This document shows, in pieces, positions 50,611 through 64,000 of a stretch of DNA of 64,000 nt. Every line of letters starts with the position of its first letter. The first letter of the stretch is position 1. Under the pieces are notes generated by a model. That model worked only from the letters and a program-made list of their open reading frames with translations. It did no database searches and was not told the DNA's origin. Origin of the DNA: Strigamia acuminata (taxonomy: Eukaryota); assembly GCA_949358305.1 (NCBI GenBank), contig OX442314.1:12276001-12340000 (forward strand). Reading direction: 5' to 3'. The translations under genes were made by a program, and so were the position numbers.

Positions 50611-51489
50611 CAATCACTGTCACTAATAAGTTGCTGACATAGTTAGTTCTGGTGAGTTCCTATAGGATAAATAGTGCGCATCCAACCTCTAACCTTTTCA
50701 ATGTGTGGCTGCTGCGTGAAAGCTGAGGAGTCTTGATGGCGTGTATATGATTCTGTGCGGAACTGATGGCTCTTCGAGCTTATCTAAAGGTCTTTGGGTC
50801 ACTTGATAGGTGTGGCATTTCTCGTGGCTCCATCTAATTTCAGAACCAGGTCATTTGATACTGGATTAGACTATCTGAGAATTTTTTTTTCCGACATTCC
50901 CATCACTTCAATCTCAATACAAACACATTAAGCAAACGCTCATACGTGCTTTTTCTTTGGAGTGTCTTTATTTTATTGATAAACATGAATGTGATATACT
51001 GTAAAACTACTGTAAATTCTCTTGATAGAACACGGTCTTCCAGTTGGCCGTGCCCTCCAAGCAAACATAAGCAAGCACATAAGTGGAATGCAACAAATTT
51101 GTAATTACAAACAAGCTTTGAAATTTTTATTACAAATATTATAATCCCATTTGACACAAGTCTCTTAAAGGTAAATCACGCCACCGTGAGTTTTCTAGAG
51201 CAGACGTTTTTAACATATTTTAAACTTTCTTTCACTCGAAAAAAATCTTAAGATGTTTACATACTATACTCCTGCATAAATATTCTTTCGTGGATGCCAA
51301 GGGACGTAATAAAATTAGTGGTGTTTTTCCTTCGCTTTATTAATTACATTATAATTTGCGTATTAATTTTTAAAAAGTTGGAAACTTTTGTACCTGGCCA
51401 AAAGAAATTTAGCATGGCTCTGTAATTGTGGGAATCTTCAACGATATTATTTTTTTTTATAAGAGTTTTAATGCATGTTTTACGACTTA

Positions 51490-52026
51490 AGCTAAGTACA
51501 CATGACCTGATTCCGTGCACGGAATGATCACTTTCCGTGTATGGCTGAAAGTTTGGGTCAGTGTGGCACACATGGTTCCGCTTACCACACACGGAAACTT
51601 TCTGGCAACCGAAATTTTATTCTTTCCGGCAGTGATGGTGCACGGAATAGCTTGAATTGTTTCCATACACGAACAGATTCTGAGTACCCAGAATGCATTG
51701 TGGTAATGCGACTGATCGTGACCGGTCGTACACAAGGTGTGGAGGTGGATACTGAATACAAAGACAGATAATACTAAAAATGTTTGATTAATTTATTTAT
51801 TATTTATTACTCCGTATTAATTATTAATTTAAAAATACAGCAATCCATTTATTTTGCACAATCAAACTCCAACATTTTTTAGAAGTGGTCGCCATTTGTA
51901 TTTACAACACGTGCACGGATTGTGTGTACCAAACAATTTCCGCGCACGGAATGACACAGCCAAACACACAGGCAGAATCATTTCGTTTGCGGCATGACAA
52001 CCTGAAAGTCTCATGTGTACTTAGCT
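51490..52026. mobile_element. PIF/Harbinger-like non-autonomous element
   Basis: TTA|AGCTAAGTACACATGA ... TCATGTGTACTTAGCT|TTA (3-bp TTA duplication); internal CACGGAA/TTCCGTG motifs. Confidence 0.85.
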
Positions 52027-52048
52027 TTAGATTGCTAAATAACTTAAT

Positions 52049-52222
52049 CAGGGCTGGATTGGGAACAAATTTACAATTGAGAAATCTGGACAGTTCGGGC
52101 CATGGGAACAAATTTATACTGGGAAATTTGGATCGATCTGGCCACGACAAAAGGAAAAACTATATACAGCGTCACGGACCACGGGAAAATTTCCGGTAGC
52201 CCGTCGGGCCAGTCCAGCACTG
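52049..52222. mobile_element. hAT-like MITE
   Basis: CAGGGCTGGATTGG ... CCAGTCCAGCACTG; TSD not clear. Confidence 0.55.
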
Positions 52223-54291
52223 TAAATAATAGCATAATTCATGCTAAAACCTGCTAAAATAGGATATTATCCCGCTTTGGAGGGCAAGCTCTAAAATCGT
52301 GGGTCCGACCAGATAATTTGAATAATCTGGCAGTGCCGGATAAAACAAGCCCCAATTATCCAGCAGGAATTTGACTTTTATGGCATGCCATAAAAAGGAG
52401 CAGTCAATCAGATGTCCAGATCTGATCAAACTTGCATTTTAGGGCGTATAAAAAAGGATTTGAAAAATTCGCATTTTGAAATTTAGCGCAGGATTTGCGA
52501 ATCCAAACTTGCGTTTATTCAGACAAACACAAACCTTTTATTAACTAGGTTTTACATTTATATTAGTTGATGAATAGAATGCGAGTAAATTGTGTCATGA
52601 AATCTCCATGCTATGTTCGGTGCTGGTTGTAATCCAATTTTAATTGAAAACGTTCACAACTGCAAATGAGTAGAAATTAGCGCTGAAACATCATCGGCGT
52701 AAAAGTTAATTTATACTTTAAATCGTCGGCGCTTGAATCAAATGTCTTTTGAGCTCACCTTCCTTTGTCACACATGGGACATGTTTAGTGAAATGGAGAC
52801 ATCGAATAGGTTTTGAGCTATTCAATTACCCGTCTTTCTAAATTGGAAGAGAAATTTTATTTTATGATTCAGTATTACGGCATTAACTTGCTAAGAAGTT
52901 AACGTGATGTTTCTAATAAGATACGAACAGCTGTGTCGTTTATTTTCGCGTTTAACATGGCGGAAAAAATTAATGATGACGAGCAAACAATGAAATGTGA
53001 AGTGAGACTGCTGTGACAGGTGCAAGGCAACTTGCTCAAAAAAGGATTAAAGCTCGGGTTAGGTTAGGTCGATTTCGTGGGCCACTATGTTGCCAAAGGA
53101 CATTTCAAAGTCACCACGAAATTGCCCACAAGTCACAGCTGACAATATTATTTGTATATGCATTGCCTTTTTACAGGAAAATGTATACAGAACGGAAGCA
53201 TAAATTTTTCAAGGAATTCTAAACACCTGTGTGTTGACATTTCGTATTTCATATGGAAAGTTTTGGCCTTTTGTTGATTTTTTAACCCATTTTTCAGAGT
53301 TAATGGTTGTTTTAAGTGTTTTTGCTGGCTAGAAATATGATTTTTGCTTGGAATAAGGGGCATGTCATCTAGCGCGACACTAGAGAGTTTGCAGGCTGCA
53401 CTTTTCCCTTATCACTATACACTATTTCAGCCAACTACTGACAGTTAGTAATTTTGGGCCTAAAAATTCAATTTGGGGGCGTAAATGTGCAAATTTTTGC
53501 ACAAATTTCCATTATTATGCCTATAAAGTATGGTTTTGGGCCTAAAATTCAATTTTGGGCCTCACTTATCATTCAATCTATACGTATATGACTGTGATGT
53601 GTTTGATCGGGACAACAAAATAATCAGTTAATCACCATTTGCAATGGGCGGAGCTAACAATATAGTGTTCTCAATTCTGATTGGCTGCGCTATATTTTAA
53701 TTTAGTGTTGAAAACGATACACTAAAGATTTTTCCCTTACGATATAGCATTAAAATAGTGTATCGTAGAGCAAAATAAGGGAAAAATGCATCCCGCAAAC
53801 TTTCTACTATCTATCGCGACATGAATATACCGCGACTTTGGAAACTGCGACTACGTGTATTTTGGGTTTTTCTTTTTCTAATTTCTAAGACGGGCTAATA
53901 AGCACCCGAGTTGCGAACTTTCAGAGATACAAACTTCAAATTTGGGTCAATGCATTTCACCCTTTAAGAATTTTGTGTTTCGTGAGAAGTTTTATGTAAC
54001 AGCCGTATTTGTGAATGCTAGATGAAATAAAGCATGCGCGTTAATGCGTGGATGTGAACCTAGCTTAAAGGTTAGTTATTTTTGACTGCTACAAGAGATG
54101 GGTATCAGGAAATGTCAAAGGTTAGTGGTGGTTGCACACTGCCTTCAGTCTTCGTTTGATCAAACACGATTCTTTCATGTTTCATTATGAATTTTTAATT
54201 AATGTTCTGATTAAGTGTTTAATATTTCAACCTGGGAAAAATGGTTAGAGGGCTAGTTAGAAATATAAACAACATGGGGGAGAGGGTGGAG

Positions 54292-54645
54292 GCATCGAAT
54301 ACAGGCCGATTTATGGGGGTCTTTAAACTAAAATTTATTTTTTGGACCAAAAATTTATATTTCGGCTCAAAAATTCATATTTAGGTCCAAAAATTGATAT
54401 TTAGGTCCAAAAATTGATATTTAGATCCAAAAATATCATTGTGAGACCAAAAAAAAACCATTTTTAAGTCCGAAAAGCCATTTTAAGTCAAACAGCCATT
54501 TTTAAGTCAAAAGCCATTTTTAAGTAAAAAAAAAGCCATCTTAAAGTCTAAAAAAGCCATTTTTAAGTCACATTTTTTTTTTAACCAAAAACTTGAAATT
54601 TTTGTGTCTAAAAAAAATTGAATCAAAATGGCCTGGATTCGCTGC
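54292..54645. mobile_element. Inverted-repeat element filled with about 20-bp minisatellites
   Basis: GGCATCGAATACAGGCC ... GGCCTGGATTCGCTGCC enclosing ATTTAGGTCCAAAAATTGAT and AAAAGCCATTTTTAAGTC units. Confidence 0.65.
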
Positions 54646-56621
54646 CGGCATTGAATGCGAGCAAAAATTTTAGGTTAATTTATGAAAGTGAATAAATAGG
54701 TTGCGAGGTTTACACAATGGGTAGGAATTGTTTAACAAAAAAAAAACCGATAAGTTTCACGTTTGTTTTGTTGGATTTTATCAATGTTCGTGTAACAGGA
54801 AGTACTATGAATGAAATAACAAACGAGCTGGGAGTGCTTTTGTTAGTGATTGTTAAGTTATGTTCTTGTTGATGGGTGCACTCTTAGCACGGGTAAATGC
54901 ACAACGCTTAGGAATTTCGACGTTGCATGTGGTAAATTTGTTTGACGATGCTCAGTTCTATTATCCGAATGGAGTTTGACAAATTCAGCAATTTGGTTGA
55001 TGCAATTGCGGCGATTATCGCTATAATTTCGTGATTATTTAATTCAAGCACATCTACACTCATGACTGAACTTTTAACTGAATTGTTGCTGTTTAAGTAT
55101 TTTGTTTGCTTTAAAATTGGCTGGGAAGATTAAGGAAAAGTAAATTTCAGTCTCTTTGGGATGTTTTATTTATGAGCATGCGTAGCGGCAAGATAAAGGG
55201 GTCAAAATGGCAAAAATTTGTTGTCAATTAATGGCGCGTAATCTAGTTATGGTTGAAAGAGGCGCGATGTTCCTTATCCTTGCTTTTGGGGAAAATTAAG
55301 TTGGTTGTTTCGCATAGAAATTGTTTCGCAGAGAAAGCAGATGTGTCTGTTGTTGGGAATTAATTGTAAGCGCATTAATTAAATCGATCTGTTATTAAAT
55401 ATCCAAAAGTGAATTATTGAGAGTTGACCACCGCAATGTTTTCCAACAGATGGGATTTGTTGATATTTAATAGGAGTATAAACCAATTCGTGTTTAAATG
55501 TTTTAATGGCGTAAAATTACGTCATGGGACGTCATGATAGTTTTAGATTCTTTTTTCCGGTCCTTTTGTTTGCACTTGTTTATACTCTCGTACCGTAAAC
55601 CTGACTAGTTAAGCGGTCTTGTAATGTATGCGGTATCTTAATTGTTTCAAAAGGAATAAGTGATGAAACAAGTATGTTGCTTGCCAAAAGAGCGAAAAGT
55701 TTCAAAAGTATATACTTTGAACCGATACAATGTTTGTTAGTGTAACCAATCAGTGTTTAATGTGTCATTAGCAGGAAATTGTGCGTCATCGCACGTCATG
55801 TTAGTTTTGTTTATTGTTTTGTAACTCATGTATAGTCGTCTCATGAAGTAAACCTGATCGCTTGCGGTCTTGTATGTTTCAAAAGTGTTTTATTGCTTAA
55901 TTACACAAACTCACAATGTTGCCCTAATTCCATTCGTATTAGGCGTAACTGGACTGTGCTCCACTACGCGGAAAAGTAGTTCTGTGTCAAAGCATCACCT
56001 GTTGATAATCGATCACAATGTCTGGAGTTTGATTACAATTCTGGTGTTTTGGGCTACTCTTTTGTGCCACTACACCAGTGATACGGCTGGAAATAGGACA
56101 ATGTTGTATCGGCTCAGATACAGGGTTTTGCTTTTTATTTTTTTATATTTTTATGAAAGGAGATTTTGAAGTGAAACTTGTTTTGGCGTCGCAGATTTTG
56201 ATTATCACACGCCGTGTTCAAGCACACCTGAATAAACCTGCACCAGCATACTTGAAGCTACGTCTACAATTCAGGGGCGGATAATATGGTAATTGGATGG
56301 GTTGGAGGTTTAGCTAACCGGAAAAATTCTCTCTTAAATGAATTTATAGCTACAATCCAATGGGATGGATTTAAAATTGCTGCTGTATTCAATAAATAAT
56401 TACCACAAGTCGTTGACATGAAACGACTGCTTGAATGTAACATGAGATTCTCCAAAAATCACCTGTTAAGTGTTTACACAATGAATGTGGCATGAGCTTT
56501 AAGACGACCCTCCAAAGGTCGTGCAATTTTTATCGTACAGTGATGGTTAACACGAGATTTTACACGAGATTCTCGTGTTAAATCTTGTTACAAGGCATGA
56601 CACAACTATGCTTCTCTGTTA

Positions 56622-57495
56622 AGCTAAGTTCACACTTGTGTTCACACTAGGGGCGACGTAATGCAACACAAGGAAAATTAGTCAAACTCAACGCAGAGTT
56701 GGGCACACACACTAGGGCACGTGTAAACAGAGCTGAAACAATTGATGTTGCATCTGGCCAATCAGATGGTTTCAATGAAACCTGGAATTGGATCTAGTTC
56801 TAGAACTAGTTACAGAAATCGAAAATGGTGGCCTGTTTGCATGAGGCAAAGTCTCACCAACCAGACGTTAATCGACGAGAGTTGGAGTCAATCGTGATTG
56901 ATTGTCTGCGAGACCTTTTCTTGCGTTCCGTCGCTTACTTCAACTTGGAGTTGAAGCAGGAATTGGCGTCAACGTCAAGAATTTTTGGACGCAAGCAGCT
57001 TGCATCGCATCAGTTTGCATCGCATCAGTTTTCTTGCTTTGCGTCTAGTGTGAACACAAGTGTGAACCTATACTCTGGCTCACTGTTAGAGGGGGACCAG
57101 TTTCTATTGGCCGAGCCTATTCACTGTTGTAGGGCTACATAAAAGTAGGCCAAAATACAAACGCTCGAGCTACGGGAAGCCATTTTGTGTCCAGACAGAA
57201 CAATCGATCATAAATTTCAAAACCAGCTTGACAAAGCAACCGATAAACTGATCGAACTGAAGAATCATGAATTTTGAAAAAGTAACAGCTTAAAACATTG
57301 CTTCCAGACTTTTAAAAACACTTTATTATTAAATATTAGTCATTTTACATCATTTCAAACATCTAAAATAATCAAACTAATTAAAACCACAACAAAACTA
57401 CTTTTCTTAGTGAAAGTATACAGGTAACAGTTATGAATAAACAGGCTCGACCAATAGGAACTGGTCCCCCTCTAACAGTGAGCCAGAGTATAGCT
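56622..57495. mobile_element. PIF/Harbinger-like non-autonomous element with a MITE nested in its right end
   Basis: TTA|AGCTAAGTTCACACTTGTGTTCACACTAG ... CTAGTGTGAACACAAGTGTGAACCTA[insert]GCT|TTA. Confidence 0.8.
57071..57490. mobile_element. MITE family TACTCTGGCTCA, copy 3 (complete)
   Basis: TA|TACTCTGGCTCACTGTTAGAGGGGGACCAGTT ... AACTGGTCCCCCTCTAACAGTGAGCCAGAGTA|TA. Confidence 0.88.
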
Positions 57496-59784
57496 TTAAG
57501 CTCTGAGTATCTGCATTTAAAAAGCCATTTAAGCTAAACTATACAACAATTTTTAAACAGGCTGTTTTGTTTAAATGTGTTTAAACTTTCGAATTTAAAT
57601 TTTGATGTTATTTCATCTGAGGGTTATAGGGTTGTGTCGATCTAATTTTAAAAAAATGACTGTCGGTTTAGTCTGCTCAGCATTAAAACACCAAAATATG
57701 TTTAATTGCAATTCTAAACACGCTTTCCAGCATTTCTAAATTTATTGTAGTGTGAACAACAAAATACAACTTTTGTTTTTCAAAATATTGTTTAAAATAT
57801 GCATTTCAGCTGGTTTAATGAAGATAAACCAGACTAAAAGACCATTCGAATGCAACTATAGCATCTTATGGCTATTTCTTCATCCAAAGCATTATACAGA
57901 ATTACTTCATTACATGAAAAACTATTTTAGTTTCTGGATTAATCCCCTTGTCTTTAATCGTGCTGAAGAGCTGGAAAAATAACTTAATAGAATTTAATGT
58001 TCCAGTTTACTGTGTGGTTCCATTGTGAAAGATCCTGGAACTCAAACTTCCTGTTAAAGTTGTAGCAAACAAATGTTTTCTAAAAACTAATGTCGCGAAA
58101 CATCGCCCACGTCTTCATCGTGAGAAGAGGCGTAGCATAATATCGTCGTCTTGAGAGGCTCGAGAATGTGTCTGTTGTCGTTGGACACGATTCTTTTAGT
58201 GCTCCCTGGACGCATTTTGCGCTGTCCACGTCCATTTTGATCTGATCTAGACGCGGGCGCTTGTCACTTGAAGTAGGGACAAATTGGCGGCCAGGAAATT
58301 GTTTCGGTGAAAGATGGCGGTGGAAACGATGACATCTTGATTGCAAGCACCACCTTTAGTAGAGGGCGAAAGTTTTTGACATGTTTTACGGGCTGCAGAG
58401 TAACACGAGAGAGGAGCCATGTTGTGTACAGTTGAGATAATGGATGATACTTTATAGTAAAAGATGATAATGTCACGCTGAAAATATGGGTGTTGAAAAA
58501 TGTACACAAACCTCGAGTATATTAAAGGTGATTGGTTTGATGAAGGCGGATGAAAAATTAGGGAAATGAAAACGTTATTAGATTTTTTTTTTTTAGTTTT
58601 AAAGATTTATTGCGCATTTAAATTGGTAAAATACTCAAAAATGATGCATGGGGGTTTTTATTTCTTCTTTTTTGTGACGTCAAACGAGTTAAAATTGAAA
58701 TAAAATTCTGAAATTTTAATATGGGCTAGAAGGAAATTCTAAATTGTTTCTACTTAAATGTAGAAATTGACGAAACGAGACTTAAATGAGGTGAGAACTG
58801 TAACATCGATTGTCGTTTAATCTAGGTGACATTTGTGAGGGTTGAAGAGAACTGTTGACAACCAAGATGGATGGAGCTGAAGCCAGAGCAGTTTCGTCGC
58901 TGTTGGTTACCCAACCGCTTGCCTGGATGATGGACGATTATTTTATCCGAGATATTGGCTTGATTTGGTATTAATTCATCGCTCACATATATTTTCTGTC
59001 TTGTTGGGCGAAAATAAATTAAAGAAGTAATTTTTTTTGTAATAAAAGTGTTATTTTATGGGTTTTTACGCACTTGGTAACCGGAACCATCGATCTAAAA
59101 TGCCGAAAATGTTTGCCAAGGACGCGAAACTTGCAGATAGATGGCTTCGCATAAACAAGGCACCTGTCTTTTTTTTCATTGCTGGGATTGGGAGACATTT
59201 TTATCGAAGTGCGTTGACGGTGATTTTTTTTATTTTTTATGGTTTGGTGGTATATATCGTATACTAGATAAATTTTGTGGACAGACGAACTGTAGTAAAG
59301 TCGAAAATAAAAACATTTACACATGATAAAACGGAATTTATCATGAAAACGAAACAAACTGGTGTAGAAAGTTTGTGGAAAGACAGAAAGGTGTTAAAGC
59401 GAAGTATGTAAAATGCATGGGTTTTGTTGGAGGCGTTGTAACACGTCATGAAACAGGTTATGAAATATGAATATGACAGAAAAGTTGGAGAAAATTGAAA
59501 TATTCTGGTGGTGTAGAAGTTGAGTTTTGAAGAGATACAAAATTTACAATTTCAGTGTGGGTTAGAACATTCGGATGAGTATTGGATTTGGATTTTTTTT
59601 TTTTTTTTTTTTTGTGATTTTTTTTTTCTTTTCTTTCTTTGCGCTTGGTCGACCAAATTGTTACTTCCTGTTTTCAACTTTGAGCTGGTTTCTACTTTTC
59701 AAGATTCTTACATTTATTTGTCACCAAAAATACTCGATTTACAGTTTTCACGTAAAAGCTTTTTTTTATTTTATTAAAAATCAA

Positions 59785-60089
59785 TTTTAGTCGTTTTGTT
59801 CAATTTAGACATTTATTTTAGTCGTTTTGTTCAATTTAGACATTTATTTTAGTCGTTTTGTTCAATTTAGACATTTATTTTAGTCGTTTTGTTCAATTTA
59901 GACATTTATTTCAGTCGTTTTGTTCAATTTAGACATTTATTTTAGTCGTTTTGTTCAATTTAGACATTCATTTTAGTCGTTTTGTTCAATTTAGACATTT
60001 ATTTTATTCGTTTTGTTCAATTTAGACATTTATTTTATTCGTTTTGTTCAATTTAGATATTGAATTAATTCATTTTGGTCAATTTAGAT
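59785..60089. repeat. 31-bp minisatellite, about 9-10 near-identical units
   Basis: Unit TTTTAGTCGTTTTGTTCAATTTAGACATTTA head to tail, no spacers. Confidence 0.93.
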
Positions 60090-60202
60090 TTTCATTGTAA
60101 AAGATACTGCAGTTTAATGAGCATTCTACGCTGAGCATTTACGGTAAACAAAATAACGCAAACAGGAAAGCCAATTGGGGGTTCAACACTGAAATTTTTG
60201 GT

Positions 60203-60510
60203 AGTGGCTTACGTTCATGTCGAACACGAACATATTATTTTAATGACACGCTGTGATTGGTTGAGATCTATTGATGTCGGTCTGTATCCTCAATGCGATA
60301 TTTTCGAGGCTTTATCTTCTTTCTTGTAATAAAAAATTACAAGGGGGGGGATATGCGGCCCATAGACCCCCCCCCCCCCCAACCCGAACCTTATTCGTTT
60401 TAGCAGCATAGACTGAACCGAGTATTTTCATCAATGCATATCTCAACCAATCACACAGCACATCTTGAATATAATACAATCATGTCGAACATGAACGTAC
60501 TGTAGCAACT
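60203..60510. mobile_element. Long-arm palindromic MITE
   Basis: TACGTTCATGT...GTGATTGGTTGAGAT pairs with ATCTCAACCAATCAC...ACATGAACGTA. Confidence 0.65.
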
Positions 60511-62844
60511 TCGTACATTTTTTAGTTTTGGCTTTCGCCTGCGGAATGTTTGGAGAAACATAACAATACGCAATGAAATGTTTATCTTTGAGAACGCACT
60601 TATTGATTTATTGTAATATATTCTGATGTGTCAATGTTTGTATACGCATGAATAATTTTGCACCTTAATTGTGATTGCAATACGAGTTTGGTAGAATTCT
60701 CTCGATTTATGTTAAAAACAATGGGACCTATAAATTTCAATAACTTTAAGCTATTTTTAGGAATTAATTCCATTGAATATTCATAGAAAAATTTAAGTCG
60801 GACATGATTTTAGGAATGACATTCATTTCCGCCATCAACTTCAAATTCAATTTTCCGTTTTATTATTTTTTCATGCGTGTTTTAGTGATTTGAAAAGAGA
60901 TTTTGTTTGTTTGCACTAAGTAAATATAAAAACTGTCGTACAAACTACTTTTACATTTTTTCTCTCTCCCATGTTTACTTCCGCTTGCAGCCAAAGTGAA
61001 AACCGATTTCTAAGAAAATTTAATTCGAATCAAATACATAAAAGTTTGCGCGATATTGATTTAACCGTATAGTCTTGTAATTAAGTTTTTAAAGCGCAAC
61101 AGTAGAATTACCGATTTCTTTCATTCTTTCGTCAGTAAATCGTCAAATCAAAGTGAATTTAGATTTATCTTGAGGTGGAAATCGATTCGCGAATTTTTGG
61201 TTGCACTCAGTTCATTTATTCAAACTACTCAAGGCCAAATAATAGGAAATGGTAAAGACAATGTCTCATCTGCTTTAGCATTTACCTGGAAATGCACGTG
61301 CACAACTGCAAATCGATGGTTCGTGTTTTATTTCTTACTCTCGGGCCCAAAGTAACCTCAAGTTGACACATTACTCAGCGGCTCTCTTGGGGAAGGTCTT
61401 GACGAGTTTGCAATTTTTTCTTCTTTGAAAATATATTTATGTATATGTATATACTTTTTAAGGAAGTTGTTTATATTAATTTCGCAAATGCAGAACGCAA
61501 GGAAAAATATGAATATTTATAAACTCTTGTAATTTTATATTTTGAAATTTAGATTTCCCTTAGGGTTCACTAATTTTGTAAATGACGGATCTGCCAATTT
61601 GTTTAATTGCTTCATATGGCGGAATATAAGCATGTCATTTTGCTGGCTTTGTCAAGTGATTGAAATTAACTGAATCTACGTTTGTGTTTAATCAATCATC
61701 CTATTCCTGAGTGGTTTAAGTGAAGCTGAAATTAGAATTCAAAATTGGGTTTTGACGTCACTAGATGAAAATTGTGCTTTTTTTATGGAAATTTATTTTA
61801 GTCTTATTGTATACTGTCGTAATTTACCTAAGTCGTAAAGGTAGTATGCAAATTTGCTTTTAAAAATTTACTAAAGCTTAATTTTGCAATGTGTTGTAAT
61901 TTAGTCAAGTTTACAAAAGGGGTGTTCAAATTGGTTAAGACAAATCTTCTTATTGCTGGTTCTCACTTGTGTTAACACACCTCCAAGTAAAGTAAGGCAA
62001 GATAAGCCAGGTGTGAATAATAACTATGAATAATCTCTTGATTACTGAAGATGATCGTTTAGTTTTGATGTATTGTTTATAGTTCAAAGTGTCTGGACTT
62101 TAATGTCATGAAAACGTTGCCGCTCGATGCTGTGGAAAACAAAAATTCGTCAGCACCAACTGGAAAAGTTAACGCTTAAGTCGGAACGAAGCATTCATGT
62201 ATTAAGTTGTCTGCTATACAAGTATTATCACCTGTTGATGTCAGGTGTTTAACCTAGTGGCAAAACATGAAATTACTCACAATTTTAATTGCCAGCCTAT
62301 AGAGTAAGGGTCCAGTTTTTTTGAACATAACTGTACATGTGCGACGTCGCACATGTGCACATTGTAACTATTCATAGGCGCAACGGCGACTTTTATATGT
62401 ATGCACATGCTTGACGTCGACCGACTCGGGCGATTGCAACGAGAGCGAGGACGAGATCGCCCACTCGCTCATCATGTCGGCCGAGTTTATGAACAATTAC
62501 AACCGGAATGAAAATATTACGGTTAATGTAACGAATTTCATCCAGAGTTTCCTCGAAAGCAAACTGAGGGACAAGGAATGTTCGTTTTAACGATAAATTC
62601 GTTATATCACGGTTTGTTACAACGAAGTTTGACTCTATAGCGTTAGCAATTGTAGTAAATTGATTTTAACTCATTATAAAATATTGATTTACGCAGTCTT
62701 TTCATGCGTGTAAATCTACGTCTTTGTGCAGCACGTGGAAAGCACAAATGGATTCAAAATGGAACATAACAAGTTAATTTACATATTGCAAATTAAGAAG
62801 TTTCAGATCCAAACATCCAAATTCAACAATTTCCACAATTTTCT

Positions 62845-63015
62845 CCCAATTGGGTTGTCAAACCCTGCTGCACTATCCTACAACACATAATTGGACTAGG
62901 TACCAGTTTTGGCTTGTGGTGAGTCCCAGACTTGACCACACGCACTACTACTCCATACCCAGTGAAATTGAGTGTGCCGACCTTCTCGCCATAGTTACTG
63001 ACCACTGCGCTGGCA
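62845..63015 (+). pseudogene. Possible decayed LINE (CR1/L2-like) AP-endonuclease fragment
   Basis: One frame gives QLGCQTLLHYPTTHNW...LVVSPRLDH...AIVTDHCA, loosely resembling the APE motifs GL.Q...PT, LDL and SDH. Confidence 0.3.
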
Positions 63016-64000
63016 ACTAGCCACTGTCCACAAGATATAGTGCATCTGATGCTTTATTAAGACCCTGGCGCTCCAGTTAACGAGCTGCTCAAGACAAGTT
63101 AATTTATAGACATTCTTGACACGGGTCCCTCAACCCTGCTCGATAACACTTGGTGCTCATTGACCCAGTAAACCTGATTGGTTCTGTAAAGTGATTGGGG
63201 ACTTGCGAGAAAATCATCCCAAATCCTCATTGGTCAGACTGAGATACGAAAGAAAAAACGGATGGGAGAAAGGTGGAAAATGACCGCAATTGCACACAAT
63301 ACGATAGGAGAAATTATTACTTCTAGTTATTCTATGGCCGAGTCAAGAATACAAATGCTCATAAATTTGCAACGCTCAAGAGGGCACACGGAAATGTGCC
63401 TTCATCCTTTGTGCCAGTTCCGTCATAATTTTCCTGCAAGCACAAAGGCGATTGTGCAAAGGGTAAATTTGTCTTTCGGAACAGAGTCCGATGGACGGAA
63501 GTGGTTCGCTGATGTCTGTGTCGGTTTGGATTGATTTATGTGAAGTTAAATGGGGCTCAAACTGAGCTGATGAAAGTGTTGTCATCAACATATGTTAAAT
63601 TTAATGTTAAATTTTAATTGGCGGTAGGCCATTTTTCAAAAATAAAATAAAATATTGTGATTTAATTAAGCAATAGGTGCTTTCAAAATGTCTGTTTCAG
63701 CTGTTTTTACGTGTTAAATTTTACATTTAGTTTATACCGTATTGCCCCGCTTATTGCCACATGTCGGTATAGTGCGAGTATTACCGGCAAGCCGATAAAC
63801 CTCGTTTTAACGGCATGCCGGTGTAAGTGCTCCATTTTGGTAAGACCAAGACCCTTATTACTATGTAAGTCTCCTAGCGGGCAATCTTTAAAATAAACAT
63901 CCATGCTGTTACCTGCTACCACCATTGTATCGCACATTATTTCACGCCACAAATATTTGCGACAGCAGCAGATTTTTAAATGTTCCGACTGATTTTGTTT

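Noticed and set aside
51166..53968. TTAA-AGG and CCTTTAA ends suggestive of Kolobok elements
   Set aside because: Ends do not pair convincingly as inverted repeats, so no element boundaries can be supported.
59785..60089. 31-bp repeats resembling a CRISPR array in unit length
   Set aside because: Units are directly adjacent with no unique spacers, no cas genes, eukaryotic context.

Overview
AT-rich eukaryotic (probably invertebrate animal) genomic DNA with no recognisable host protein-coding gene. It reads like the 5' end and long introns of a large + strand gene (candidate non-coding exons at about 5.8-6.0, 30.8-31.1 and 44.9-45.0 kb) densely filled with transposon-derived sequence. The one long ORF (15335-20524, -) is the gag-pol polyprotein of an intact, very young BEL/Pao LTR retrotransposon (14785-21141; two 530-bp LTRs with no difference found by eye, AAGAC target duplication, tRNA-Phe primer site). 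This element has two anomalies: a C11 tract where the polypurine tract should be, and LTRs that end in AA rather than CA. The rest holds about 30 MITEs or non-autonomous DNA transposons (Tc1/pogo-, hAT-, PIF/Harbinger- and Merlin-like), several nested in each other or in palindrome centres. There are also fossil fragments of R2-like, Ty3/Gypsy and possibly CR1/L2 retroelements, many A/T-tract minisatellites with 20- or 31-bp periods, and a local duplication at the window start. All alignments and coordinates were derived by eye; no database searches were run.
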